Below are positions 22,019-33,119 of a stretch of DNA of 64,000 nt, piece by piece. The translations under genes and the position numbers were made by a program. A model generated the notes under the pieces. It was not told the DNA's origin. It saw only the letters and a list, made by a program, of their open reading frames with translations, and made no database searches. Origin of the DNA: a virus; IMG/VR virus record IMGVR_UViG_3300045988_072133, positions 1-64,000 of that record, one strand, 5' to 3'. Numbering within the stretch: position 1 is the stretch's first letter; each line of letters opens with the position of its first letter.

Positions 22019-23734
22019 TTATTCATTAGCTTTAGACGATGTTTTACCTATAATCTGGTTAAGTATCGCCTGCTCATTCTTAACCGAGTTTACAAGTCCC
22101 ATAGATAATCTTCCAATAGCTTCTCCATATCCCTCAGGACGAGTTTCAAGAAGTTGATCAATCATTTCTTGAACCATGTTATACCTATCGGTAAAACTAT
22201 CACCAAGCATTTCAGGTTTAATAATAACCTTATTTTCACCGTTAGTTGCTACTATACCAAAACCTGGGGAATATTGATATCTTACATCCTTATTAAAGAA
22301 TTCCTCAGGTTTAAACTTACCATTATATCCTACAGTCCTTTCAGATCCAAATATGTTCTTATTAGGATTATATTCAGAGTCTAACAGAGGAAGCTCATCA
22401 TCAGTCTGAGTAGCAAAATAATCTTTAATAATATTAGTTAACATCTCAGAAGATGTGAGGTCAGGACTATAGAATTTGTATCTCTGAACTAAAGCATTTC
22501 TATCACTCTGTAATCCCTCTAATGCTTTATCAACATCGCTAGCTTCATACATATCTAAAGTCTCTAGCAGATCCTCATACTTTTGCATATCTCTAATAGC
22601 ATTGTTATACTTAGCAGAGTTTACAGGCTTAGAGCCTACAACGCTAGGATCTCCACTAGGAGCATAGGATTGTGCATCTCCCTTAGCTTTCTGAAGTCGC
22701 ATAATAATCTCATCACGAGATAACCCTACTCCCTCCTTCTTAAGATCATTTAAAGCCTTAATACGTTTATCAATAGCTTTACCCTCAGCAGTTTCTCCTA
22801 CCTTAGTATAGTTAAATCCTCTAATACTTGGAAGTCCTGCTTCCTCTTGACCCTTGGCAGCTAACTTAGCCCTTAATAAACTCATTTCCATTCCATATCT
22901 ATCAGACATATTTCCAAAAGATTTAGTTCCAAGAGCATGACTGAATGCACTAGCAGCATATTCATTAACTCTACGAGCTTCATTTGAATCGACTCCATAG
23001 TAATCGTATACACCTGTAGATGTAACAACGCTATCAGCAGCATCCTTAATAAGATTAGCAAGGGGACTTAATAATCTAGGATCAATATCCTTATACTGAC
23101 GACCCATTAAAGTTGCAATCTCTTCAGCAGTAGCCCCTGATTGAGCTATAGTAAAGTATTGGAAGGGAAGCCCAGTTCTAGCAAGCTGAGGAAGATTTTG
23201 AGAAATGTATTTACTAATAGGAATCATTGCTTGGCGAGTTCTCTCATAAATCTCTTGACCACTAATGGGATGAAGCTCATGAGAAGTAGGATCTGCAATC
23301 CATCTATCAAGTCCTACTTGCATAGGATCTTTTATTATGAGAGAAGGATTTCTTAGTTGTGCTTCCTTAGCAGCTTTTGCCCACTGTTCTCTATCAACAG
23401 CTGCCTTATTTAAAGGTAGAATATTATTAGTAAAGTCAGTCTTACGCTGAATTAATCTACGTCTAATACCAGGAGTTAAGCCATTCTTAGCAAGATCATT
23501 TATATCAGCTTGAACTGAGGATTGGAATTGCTGATTAGCTTGTATAGCAGCATCATCAATCCCAGGCTGGAATCTTGTAGCAGCATCAGCAGCTAAAGCC
23601 TGATTTTGAAGAAACTCCTCCTCCGCTTTATTATGCAACTGCTGCATATACATAGGAGCAACCATTAGCTCTTGCAAAGATGGTAACTTAAACTCCCCAT
23701 ATGTTATCTTATCATAAGCATTAACAGCAGCCAT
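22019..23734 (-). CDS. hypothetical virion/tail-associated protein (571 aa)
   Basis: ORF only; TAATG coupling to upstream gene. Confidence 0.4.
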   Translation of the reverse strand: MAAVNAYDKITYGEFKLPSLQELMVAPMYMQQLHNKAEEEFLQNQALAADAATRFQPGIDDAAIQANQQFQSSVQADINDLAKNGLTPGIRRRLIQRKTDFTNNILPLNKAAVDREQWAKAAKEAQLRNPSLIIKDPMQVGLDRWIADPTSHELHPISGQEIYERTRQAMIPISKYISQNLPQLARTGLPFQYFTIAQSGATAEEIATLMGRQYKDIDPRLLSPLANLIKDAADSVVTSTGVYDYYGVDSNEARRVNEYAASAFSHALGTKSFGNMSDRYGMEMSLLRAKLAAKGQEEAGLPSIRGFNYTKVGETAEGKAIDKRIKALNDLKKEGVGLSRDEIIMRLQKAKGDAQSYAPSGDPSVVGSKPVNSAKYNNAIRDMQKYEDLLETLDMYEASDVDKALEGLQSDRNALVQRYKFYSPDLTSSEMLTNIIKDYFATQTDDELPLLDSEYNPNKNIFGSERTVGYNGKFKPEEFFNKDVRYQYSPGFGIVATNGENKVIIKPEMLGDSFTDRYNMVQEMIDQLLETRPEGYGEAIGRLSMGLVNSVKNEQAILNQIIGKTSSKANE

Positions 23735-25599
23735 TACTTACCTCCTTTCTTAATACCTCGCAGGAACTCTGCTACTTCAGGATCAAATAAGAACCCTCCT
23801 GTAGCATTCTTAGAAGCATTATATTTATCTAACCATTCCCCAAATTGGTTGTAGTCAAACATGTTGTTTATTCTCCGAATATCTCCTAAGTATCTAGAAG
23901 CTTCTCCAATAGATTGACCAATTTGAGATATTCCAGATCTACGAGAATTACGAGCAGCAGCTCTATTCTGAGCATTAATTTGCTGTTCATTAATATTATT
24001 CATAATATTAAACTGCTGCTGTTGTGCTGCTAAAGCCGCTAATTGACGATCTTGCTCAGCATCAAACATAATAGACTCTTTCTTACGTTGTCTATTAATT
24101 TCATCTGACTTAATATACATGTCTCCTAATGCATTGAGAGCATTATAATTATGAGCTACTAAAGCTGCCCTAGCTGAAGCAGGATTACCTGCAGAAGTGT
24201 TAATAATATTCCTAGCTGTAGCATTAGCCTGTGCTCTATACTTATTAGCCATGTATTCTCTATCTATAGGCTCATAAGGTAAACGACGCCTAGTCATATA
24301 AGGACTCAAGTCCATCTGGCCATAAGATACTTCTTCTGGAGTACTAAAGGCATCAGATATTGCTAAACCTGTATTAGTTAATGCAGGAGCAAATAATCCT
24401 AATTGAGACCAATCTCTTTTAGGACGTTTTGCAGTAGGTCTATCATAAGATAAGGCTTCCTTACTAGCCTGAGCTAAATCAGGCATATCATTTCCTAGTG
24501 TACTAGTAAAAGGAACCTTCTGTTCAATCCAACCTCCACCATCATGCCACTTAGAAGCATTGCGAGCAAAGTTAGCTTTCTTAACCATAGCGGAAGAATA
24601 ATTGTCCTTATTAGCTAAGACTTGACGAGCAAATTCTTGAACGCCTTTACCCCGTTTCTTAGCAGCTGCAGTAAATGTACCACGCTTGGAAGGCTGAATA
24701 TGTATACTACCACCTTCGGCATAGAGAATGTCACCAAGTTCATTTAAATCAAATACTTCATTCATAGCTTCATCAGCTTTATCTATAGACTTCTGAGCTT
24801 CCTGAGCTTGCTGAAGTCTTCCTAACATAGCATCTCTACCTCTCTTACTTATAGGATCAAAAGGTCTTTCCTCACTCTCCTTAGAGAGCTTCTTAGATGC
24901 ATCAGCATAAGATTTCTTATCTACCCTTCCAAGGTCATAGGCTTTACCAAAACCTTTGGGTACTTTTAGTCTCTTAGAGAATACATAGTCATCCCACTTG
25001 GTTTCACCTTCCTCAACAAGATTAGAATTACCATTGGGATCTACTCCCTGTGGGATACCACCATTAATGTTAGATTCATGAGAGCCTCCTTCATTAAACT
25101 CACTAAACCCAGTGGGATAGTCACCACCATGAGTACCTACCCATCCTCCAAAGGCTACTATATTAGCAAGAGCATCCTGAGCCTCCTTCTGACTAAGGAG
25201 TATATTCTGAGCCATTATAGCCTGAGAAACTCTTCGATTAGCTTCCTCACGTTGCCTATTACGATCTGAAGCTCCAAAGAGTCCTCCAGCTAAACCAGCA
25301 ATACCTCCAGCTAAAGCTCCCCAAGGGCCTGCTGCTACTCCTGCAGATGCTCCTGATAGAGCTCCTGAAAATCCAGCTAAGCCCATACTTTCACTAGACT
25401 GAGGTTGCCAATCAGCAATCCAACCAGAGAGAGCACTCTTAGACATCTGAGTCTTAGTCTGATCTACTTGAGCATCAGCCTGAGCTTCAATCTCATCTCC
25501 TCCTCCAAAGTTATCTAGAAGAGAGGTGGCAGCCCCGAGAGCTCCCGAGGCTATACCAACACCCTTCTGAAATTTACTAGCTTTCTTAATTTCAGCCAT
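23734..25599 (-). CDS. glycine-rich putative membrane-interacting virion protein (621 aa)
   Basis: N-terminal Gly/Ala zipper GVGIASGALGAATS...GGIAGLAGGLFGAS; TAATG coupling both sides. Confidence 0.4.
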   Translation of the reverse strand: MAEIKKASKFQKGVGIASGALGAATSLLDNFGGGDEIEAQADAQVDQTKTQMSKSALSGWIADWQPQSSESMGLAGFSGALSGASAGVAAGPWGALAGGIAGLAGGLFGASDRNRQREEANRRVSQAIMAQNILLSQKEAQDALANIVAFGGWVGTHGGDYPTGFSEFNEGGSHESNINGGIPQGVDPNGNSNLVEEGETKWDDYVFSKRLKVPKGFGKAYDLGRVDKKSYADASKKLSKESEERPFDPISKRGRDAMLGRLQQAQEAQKSIDKADEAMNEVFDLNELGDILYAEGGSIHIQPSKRGTFTAAAKKRGKGVQEFARQVLANKDNYSSAMVKKANFARNASKWHDGGGWIEQKVPFTSTLGNDMPDLAQASKEALSYDRPTAKRPKRDWSQLGLFAPALTNTGLAISDAFSTPEEVSYGQMDLSPYMTRRRLPYEPIDREYMANKYRAQANATARNIINTSAGNPASARAALVAHNYNALNALGDMYIKSDEINRQRKKESIMFDAEQDRQLAALAAQQQQFNIMNNINEQQINAQNRAAARNSRRSGISQIGQSIGEASRYLGDIRRINNMFDYNQFGEWLDKYNASKNATGGFLFDPEVAEFLRGIKKGGK

Positions 25600-28500
25600 T
25601 ATACTGTATAGTTAACAATTAAATCATGTAGTACTAACTTGTTATCCTCTTCCTCAGTAGGAGTATAAGATAACTTCATCTTTATCCACGGATTACGAAT
25701 TCTATTAAGTTTATAATTCTCAATCTCCTTAGTATCTCTAGGGATATAAGCTCTCCATGTACGGAACTTCTTCTGAAGATTCCTATATTGTAATAAAGCT
25801 ACATCCCCAGTATCTTGGAACTCATTTCTAACATGAATATGGTCTAATGTCCTATTAGGATTATACTTGGTATAGTCATCATTATCAAGTACAAAAGCAT
25901 CTGCTCTAAACTCAATATTGTTAAATACTTTATCCCTAGACATTTCAGGATTTACTATATAATCTACATAAGAAGTAGCCTTAGGCTTTCCATAGAATTG
26001 ATTATACTTACCTGCATGTTGCTCATAGAGTTCTGTAGTATCATTCTCTGAGAATATACTTAAGAATTTCCCATCTTGCCTGAACATGAAGGAAACATTC
26101 TGATAGTCAAAGAAGCTAGTAAAGCAAGCTAAATTTTCAGAGAATGTGAGACACTCATCTTTATCATGAATATAAACATCGTTATGAATACTGTCCTTAC
26201 TTAACTTCCAGTTAGTCATACCATCGACAAGAGTTAACTCATTAGTATTATAACCTAAGTTATTTAAGGACCAAGAGGCAAACCCAGTAGCATTCGACAA
26301 ATCTTTAATACCCTCTCCTGAGATAAGATTGAAGTTCTTCTTAGCATGATCTATATAATATATACCACTACGAGTTGTAGTAATAGCCCACTTATTCTGA
26401 GCTCCAGAAGTAGTAGAAATATATCTCACACCATTAACCTTACTGCTATTAGCTAGCTCTATAGGTAATCCATCAGATACAGGAACTTGTACTCTAGTAT
26501 TATAGAGAATATTAGAAATGGCTTTATCTTGGAATGCATACAATTGATTGTTATACATAACAAGTTTAGTCAGTTTACCATACTCTCCCTCTAAATTATA
26601 AGTAGAGGCAAATGTCAAGTTAGTCCAATTATCAACAAGACTATTAGGATTCTTAGTAAGTGTCCAAGAGAATTGATTAGGAAATTTACCAGTAGATTCT
26701 AATGTCCTCTCATCATCTTTATTAAATGTGAAATAATTATCTGGCTGACTATATACCTCATTCAGTATCCCAAAGTTTTCAAAGTTCATAGCCCTAGTGT
26801 CAGTCGAATATCTATTAACATCAGATCTACCATCAGTATTAGTATAAGACTCACATATAAAGGATACAATATCATTGAATCTTTGAGCATCTTCCAAAGG
26901 AGAAGCAACTCGTAAACAATCATATCTACCTACAAAGACATCTCCCTCCGTGGCTTCTACAATACATACATCATCATCTTCAGGTTCGGGAAGAATAGCA
27001 GGCTTACCACAAGGTGTCCATACCTGTTGATAAAGGTTATTATCTGTCCAATCTGCATATATAAATGCATCAGATCTTACTAAATCTACTAGAGTAAAAT
27101 AAGGTAAGTTCCTTTGAAAGATTAGATTTTGAACAGCTACATTATCATATACAGGATCTAAGATTTCTCCTACCAGAGGATCAATCATTTCTGTAGCATA
27201 TTGACCATAACTCCCTATATAGAAAGGATCAGAAGCAATTCTTTTCTCAGCATTAATGTAAATTTTCTTGTTGACAAGAACTACTAACTGGTCTGGACTG
27301 GTAGCACACATTTTATCAGTAGACCTGATATAATTACCTCCTACCTTACTAATATTGTAGTCTAATACTTCAATAGTAGACCAGTTTCTCATAGTATACC
27401 ATGAGTTTTTAAATTTGATAATAGCACTAGAATCACCTTTCTTTAGTGTAATAGTACCAGTACCAGTCTTAGAAGTCTTCTTTGCTTTCCAGAATCCTAA
27501 TCTATACTTAAACCATACCGTAATATCAGCAGTAAGAGGCCTATTTACTTGTAAAGAAACTTTCCAAGGTTCATCCCATTCACCTCTTTTACGAGAGTCT
27601 GTAACACTATAAGCCTCATTCTTATAAATATCGGGGCGATCTGAATTCTTAGAAGGCCACCAATTAATATTTAATAAGGATAATTCTCTAGTGTAGTTAC
27701 CAATAATCTTATTGTTATTATGGAACTTTGCATAAGCACTAAACTCAGGAAGAGTGGGAAATACCCTAGTCTTAGGATCTATAACTTTAGTAGCAGCTGC
27801 TACTCCGTCAAAGCTTACAAATAACTCCTTCTTAGGAGGAAGTGAGAATGTGAGGTGAGTATTAGCACTATACTTAATAGGTATGTTAGAATTAATCTTT
27901 GATGTTTCTCCAAGTTGTAGGAGAAGTTCATCCATACCGGGATTATAAGTAATCTCTTCACCAGAATAAGCGGTCTTATATAAAGATACCGGTCTTATAG
28001 AATCTCCGTTAATAAAGAGAGATGGTTTATTTACATCATAATATAATGATGATAAATCTCTAAAGATAGTAGTATCTAAACAATACTTCTTAAAGGAAAA
28101 GATCTTATCTTTAAACAGTTTCGCAGGAGAGGAGTCAGACGTTTTAGCAGCATTTAGTGATGCCCATGAAATATTATCATTAAGGAAAGTACCAGGATCC
28201 CATACACCAGCAGTACCTATTATTAATCTATGAACTCCGGAACCAATATCTACGATTTCACTCTCATCATAGTACGCTGTATTAAGCCCTTTGTCCTTAA
28301 GAGATTTTACAGTGTGAACAGGAGAGTAGTTAGATACATCACTATATCCAATAAGACCTACAACATTACTATTATCCTTAATAATATAATTACTATTAGT
28401 AGTACTAGTTACTAAGGATAAGCCCCTAATTTGGAAGCCTTCAACAGTATTTTCGAAATAGTTCTTGTCAACTTCCTGGTATTCTATATCTGGGCTCCAA

Positions 28501-31500
28501 AAGTCTAAGATACTATCATCAAAAAGTATATTGTTGAAGTTAGCTTCTGGAATGACTCTGGGAGTATAGATCTGTACGTCAGGATAATAATTCATATCAT
28601 TATCATCGTTGGTTCCTCCATTAGATTCAGTGTCATTTAAGAAATTACCAACGCCTCCCTTATTTCCCCATTCATACCCCTTAGTATTGTAATTACTTCT
28701 AGGCTGTTCATAGATAGTACCCATAAGGTGACCATAGTTAGGTCGAATATTCCATAGAAGAAAGGCATACTCTAACCAACGATTATTATCACCATCATTT
28801 TGTAGTGTAAAATTGTGAATCATTGGGTAAAAATAGGGAGATGCTAACCAGTGTATCATAAGCCCACCAGTACTAGTCTTCTCTGCCTCAATTCCACTAC
28901 TATCTCCTATCCATCGTTTACCAGACTTCATACCCCAGTTCTTAAAGAACTTTGATTTCTCATTCCAAACTCTATAGACTTCTCTGGGTCTTGATAAGTA
29001 ATCAGTATAGGACCAACAAGAATTAGTAGCTCTTAAGTTAGGAATAAAAACGGTATTGGTTAAGATTCCTTGAGCTGGATACTTACGATTGACTTTCGTA
29101 GGCTCGACATAAAGAAGTCGTACTCTTCTATAACCCTTATTATAAAGATCTTTACATATAGTATTAGATAGCTTAACTACTAGTTTATTCAAGAATAAAT
29201 TAGTATAATTAGTCTGATACTCTTGGTCTGTTAAATCTGTGAATGTTGAGTTATCTTCTAACAATCTAAGATCTTCTGTAGGATCAAGACCTTGGGAATT
29301 TCCAAAAAATACTCCATGAGCCGAAGGCCTTCGAAGGTCAGACCTCCACATAGATTGTGTAATCTTTCCACTTATCTTATCATACTCTTTATAATAAGTA
29401 TATGATTGTGATAATCCTTGAGTGTCCTCATTATTGTATATATACTTAGATAAGTTAGGAACCTGTGTGTAAGGTTTAAAATTATTCTTATTATCCTCAG
29501 GCTTTCCTAGCAACGAAGGCATATATACAAAAGCATTCTTATTAGGACTATAATTGATATTAGAAGTACTTTTCCATTCGGAAGGATTCTCTGCAGGGAA
29601 CCGATACTTCTGAACATCAGGCTTAATAGAATTATATATAGAGTTATCCTCATTCCTTACAGGATCTAGTACAAATGATTTTGTACATACATTATCTAAC
29701 TCATAGATTAAATTATTATTCTCAGTATTTTGAAGAACTAAATAACCATCCTCTAGGTTTTTGATAACTATAGGATCACCCCAACGACCATTTTCAAGCT
29801 GACCTTGTATAGCAAATCTATAAGGCTGCCCTCGTTTAAAATGCTTACAATAAGACCCTTTGCTTAAAGTATAGGGTGTATATGTATAAGTGCTTACTTC
29901 AGAAGCTTCCTCTATTTCTACAGGGTCTCTATAATCCCAACGATAAGATCCTACAGATCCCTCAATAAGCAAAGATTCAGGAGGATCTTCATTATCTAAG
30001 TAATATGTATATTTACTGTCAGTATAATACTTTAACCCAGTGTTTTTAACTATCTCATAAGAAGTAATTATGATAGTTGAAGCAATACTATGACTATCTG
30101 ATTGTTTAGTTCCCTCAGTAATATAATAAGAATCGCTAGTACCATTACTGTAGTTAACCTTAATCGTGACAGTTGAGGCAACATAATATTGAGCTATAAA
30201 TCTACAGGCAATCTTAGAGGCACCACTACTACTTAATTCTAGAGAAATTTTATTAGTTCCTGAAAGGAATTCTTGATATAAATTAATTGAATCAAATCCG
30301 CTGCTATCTCTAGGAATAGTATATCCTCCTACAAAAAGTGCGGAGTCTTTACTAGCCATCGTAGAAATAATAGCTTCTGGATTATTCTTATATAAAAGTT
30401 CTGAAGAATCAGCATTAGTTCCTACAACTCCAGTATCTACAACATCTACATAGTATGAAGAATTCTTCCATAAATGCTCTAGTATATCTTGCAAAGTAAT
30501 AGTACCATTGCCTACAGATCTTATATTGACATTATACCAATTATCTATATTATCTGCTAGGATACTAAATGAAGGAGATAGTTTTGGATAACTATCCTCA
30601 TAGGTAGCATTAGCATATTCTGGAATAGTTCTAACCTTAGTAAGTAGATCATTCTTTAACTCTGGGTAGGGAATATAAGTTCCAGTAGTAGGAAGAATAT
30701 TATACTCACCAAGAATTTTTACAGTAGGAGTAGTATTTAAAGACGTTCTATGAATAGAATATACTCTAACATACTTATATCTTTGATCTAATCCAAAGAG
30801 CTTTATTGAGAAACTATTATAACAAGTCTCATCTTTCTTGGCTCCTCTAGTAGGATATGAGATATAATTTAAACCACTAGTATTAGCAATATTAGTTTCT
30901 ACTCCCTGCCAATCTGTAATGTATGTAAAGGCATATTGTATTACACCAGGAGAAAATTCTCCACCAGCGTCATTCTTAGATACTTCTATAAAGTTATAGG
31001 GCTCTATAGAAGGAGAAAAATCGTAGTAAGATACGTTTCCCCACTTCTTAGGCTCAGGATCTTTAATGAAATTAATAACTCTAGGCTGATTATATCCATC
31101 TGTCCAATAAACTTTTTGAGTACTTTCAGACTCATAGATAGGCATAGTATCTATTAAATGCTCAGGGCTAAAGTTAAGATTACCCTCAAACATCAACATC
31201 ACTTCACTTAAATCCTCAACTCTATAAATTCTATCTATATTCTTGGAATCGTGAGTAAATAGAATTATATATTTATTGAGAGATGCATAACCTATACATG
31301 TCCCTTTAAAGTTTCCATCGAAAGTTCCTTTAATATAAGGATGAGACTCGGAAACTGTATCATTATTAGAAGAGTTTACTGTATCCTTAAGATAGTAGAA
31401 ATACTTCTCATCACTCTTATACTGATCTCCAATACTTAGTTTAGTAATAGTAGCTCCAGGATTACCAGAAAATTCTATACCCTCATTAGTATGACCCTCT

Positions 31501-31853
31501 CCAAACCACATTCCAGTAGAAACCTCTTGCCCATCACTTCGAAGGAGTGTTACATTAATCCTAATTAATGATGCTATGGGTTTAGATGCAGATATGTGTA
31601 ACTCAGAGAAATTACTATCATTTTTAAAGTAGGATGCTGTAAGAATAACATCATCTCTTCCATCAACAGCTTTACTACTAAACTTAGTAAACTTCTTATT
31701 ACCACGCTCATTAGTTACAGATAATAATGAGCTATCCTCACGAGCAGTGATTCTAATATTACGATTCTCATAGGAGAACTCAGGGTTAAACTTCGAGATA
31801 CTAAGATCCTGTTGCATTCCTCTTACAACCAGTTGAGTTCTTTTAATCTCCAT
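25599..31853 (-). CDS. giant tail fibre / tail-spike-like protein (2084 aa)
   Basis: 6.25 kb ORF, very Asn/Tyr/Ser/Thr-rich beta-type composition typical of receptor-binding proteins. Confidence 0.45.
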   Translation of the reverse strand: MEIKRTQLVVRGMQQDLSISKFNPEFSYENRNIRITAREDSSLLSVTNERGNKKFTKFSSKAVDGRDDVILTASYFKNDSNFSELHISASKPIASLIRINVTLLRSDGQEVSTGMWFGEGHTNEGIEFSGNPGATITKLSIGDQYKSDEKYFYYLKDTVNSSNNDTVSESHPYIKGTFDGNFKGTCIGYASLNKYIILFTHDSKNIDRIYRVEDLSEVMLMFEGNLNFSPEHLIDTMPIYESESTQKVYWTDGYNQPRVINFIKDPEPKKWGNVSYYDFSPSIEPYNFIEVSKNDAGGEFSPGVIQYAFTYITDWQGVETNIANTSGLNYISYPTRGAKKDETCYNSFSIKLFGLDQRYKYVRVYSIHRTSLNTTPTVKILGEYNILPTTGTYIPYPELKNDLLTKVRTIPEYANATYEDSYPKLSPSFSILADNIDNWYNVNIRSVGNGTITLQDILEHLWKNSSYYVDVVDTGVVGTNADSSELLYKNNPEAIISTMASKDSALFVGGYTIPRDSSGFDSINLYQEFLSGTNKISLELSSSGASKIACRFIAQYYVASTVTIKVNYSNGTSDSYYITEGTKQSDSHSIASTIIITSYEIVKNTGLKYYTDSKYTYYLDNEDPPESLLIEGSVGSYRWDYRDPVEIEEASEVSTYTYTPYTLSKGSYCKHFKRGQPYRFAIQGQLENGRWGDPIVIKNLEDGYLVLQNTENNNLIYELDNVCTKSFVLDPVRNEDNSIYNSIKPDVQKYRFPAENPSEWKSTSNINYSPNKNAFVYMPSLLGKPEDNKNNFKPYTQVPNLSKYIYNNEDTQGLSQSYTYYKEYDKISGKITQSMWRSDLRRPSAHGVFFGNSQGLDPTEDLRLLEDNSTFTDLTDQEYQTNYTNLFLNKLVVKLSNTICKDLYNKGYRRVRLLYVEPTKVNRKYPAQGILTNTVFIPNLRATNSCWSYTDYLSRPREVYRVWNEKSKFFKNWGMKSGKRWIGDSSGIEAEKTSTGGLMIHWLASPYFYPMIHNFTLQNDGDNNRWLEYAFLLWNIRPNYGHLMGTIYEQPRSNYNTKGYEWGNKGGVGNFLNDTESNGGTNDDNDMNYYPDVQIYTPRVIPEANFNNILFDDSILDFWSPDIEYQEVDKNYFENTVEGFQIRGLSLVTSTTNSNYIIKDNSNVVGLIGYSDVSNYSPVHTVKSLKDKGLNTAYYDESEIVDIGSGVHRLIIGTAGVWDPGTFLNDNISWASLNAAKTSDSSPAKLFKDKIFSFKKYCLDTTIFRDLSSLYYDVNKPSLFINGDSIRPVSLYKTAYSGEEITYNPGMDELLLQLGETSKINSNIPIKYSANTHLTFSLPPKKELFVSFDGVAAATKVIDPKTRVFPTLPEFSAYAKFHNNNKIIGNYTRELSLLNINWWPSKNSDRPDIYKNEAYSVTDSRKRGEWDEPWKVSLQVNRPLTADITVWFKYRLGFWKAKKTSKTGTGTITLKKGDSSAIIKFKNSWYTMRNWSTIEVLDYNISKVGGNYIRSTDKMCATSPDQLVVLVNKKIYINAEKRIASDPFYIGSYGQYATEMIDPLVGEILDPVYDNVAVQNLIFQRNLPYFTLVDLVRSDAFIYADWTDNNLYQQVWTPCGKPAILPEPEDDDVCIVEATEGDVFVGRYDCLRVASPLEDAQRFNDIVSFICESYTNTDGRSDVNRYSTDTRAMNFENFGILNEVYSQPDNYFTFNKDDERTLESTGKFPNQFSWTLTKNPNSLVDNWTNLTFASTYNLEGEYGKLTKLVMYNNQLYAFQDKAISNILYNTRVQVPVSDGLPIELANSSKVNGVRYISTTSGAQNKWAITTTRSGIYYIDHAKKNFNLISGEGIKDLSNATGFASWSLNNLGYNTNELTLVDGMTNWKLSKDSIHNDVYIHDKDECLTFSENLACFTSFFDYQNVSFMFRQDGKFLSIFSENDTTELYEQHAGKYNQFYGKPKATSYVDYIVNPEMSRDKVFNNIEFRADAFVLDNDDYTKYNPNRTLDHIHVRNEFQDTGDVALLQYRNLQKKFRTWRAYIPRDTKEIENYKLNRIRNPWIKMKLSYTPTEEEDNKLVLHDLIVNYTV

Positions 31854-31855
31854 AA

Positions 31856-32575
31856 TTAATGACGTATTAAGCGTTCTTTAACCCCGTCGTTGCGGAATCG
31901 ATTCTTAAACTCTGTATCTCGTACGATAAGAGTTCTAAAGGAGTTAAAGAGTGCTTCAGCTTTAGATAGATTAAGCTTACGAGAATCAGTCTCCCATTGA
32001 CCAACTGCCCACCAGTAGTCTTGCTCAATCTTGCTGAATTTATTACCATCCAACTTATCATTTAAATAAAGTATTCTAGCATGCTCCTTCTCAATAAACA
32101 TACGAAGAGCTCGTTGAAATACAGGATTATCAGGAATCATTGGATACCCATCTTCATCTACAGGAATAGCCTTGTAAGACATCTCAATCTTACCCTTCTC
32201 CTTAGATAAATATATATAGCTATTATTAATAGTAAAGGTGTAATCTACAGACCTAGGTAACTTATCATTAATGCAATAATTACCTGTAGTCTTAGTATCT
32301 CTATAAAGATTATGGAATGTATCTGTAGCCCATCTAGCTACACGATTATCAATCATTAATTGATTACATTCTACATAGTCTTCAGGAAGAGGAGCTCTAT
32401 AATCTTCATACTCTATAGAGTAGTATTTGTCTATGAAATCCGCAGGAACTCCTACTATCTGTAAGAAATCTACAGTGTAATCTAAGATAGCTTCAAATGC
32501 TATCCCATTCATTAAGGGATTTCGATGTAACTGGTCTGCAACGACCTTTAGGCTAACGTATCTTTCTGCTGCCAT
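31856..32575 (-). CDS. hypothetical structural protein (about 239-252 aa; start ambiguous)
   Basis: ORF track 31856..32614 overlaps upstream gene by 62 nt; internal Met (MAAERY) at about 32575 is the likelier start. Confidence 0.35.
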   Translation of the reverse strand: MAAERYVSLKVVADQLHRNPLMNGIAFEAILDYTVDFLQIVGVPADFIDKYYSIEYEDYRAPLPEDYVECNQLMIDNRVARWATDTFHNLYRDTKTTGNYCINDKLPRSVDYTFTINNSYIYLSKEKGKIEMSYKAIPVDEDGYPMIPDNPVFQRALRMFIEKEHARILYLNDKLDGNKFSKIEQDYWWAVGQWETDSRKLNLSKAEALFNSFRTLIVRDTEFKNRFRNDGVKERLIRH

Positions 32576-33119
32576 CTTTCCAATAATTATATTCAAATGC
32601 ATCGAGCTGTCCATCCCTAGCTGCTTGATGAACTTTCATCCTTAAAGCCCTATTAGGTTGAAACATATAGTAGGACTTCTTCTTAAAGCATGCCTTGGAC
32701 TTGTTATACTCAATCTTATAATTGTCGTGCTTCTCGACCTTAATTGTAATCTTATTCCTATAAGCCTCAGGATTCTCATACCAGAATCTTAAGGTTGCTC
32801 CCCAATCTACAGGAGCTTTGTAAATGAGCTCTCCCTTCTCATTAAGATATGGTTCAATGTGGTACTTGCGAATTTCTAAAAGGCCCATACGAGCCGGAAA
32901 TTTCACTTCTTCTCCACGAACAAGGGCATCTGCCAACATATCATTTATAGTGCGTATAATCGCGTAAAACTGCCCTTCCTGAAGGACATACTTAGACTTC
33001 TTAGGTCTATGATTACGATACCACTTATAAGCACCTTTAATACTAAATGAATTGGTAATCTTAAACGTTCTTGAGCTACTTACTTTCTTAACCTGCTTTA
33101 GAAATTCACTGTACTCCAT
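32553..33119 (-). CDS. hypothetical basic protein (188 aa)
   Basis: ORF only; TAATG coupling. Confidence 0.35.
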   Translation of the reverse strand: MEYSEFLKQVKKVSSSRTFKITNSFSIKGAYKWYRNHRPKKSKYVLQEGQFYAIIRTINDMLADALVRGEEVKFPARMGLLEIRKYHIEPYLNEKGELIYKAPVDWGATLRFWYENPEAYRNKITIKVEKHDNYKIEYNKSKACFKKKSYYMFQPNRALRMKVHQAARDGQLDAFEYNYWKDGSRKIR

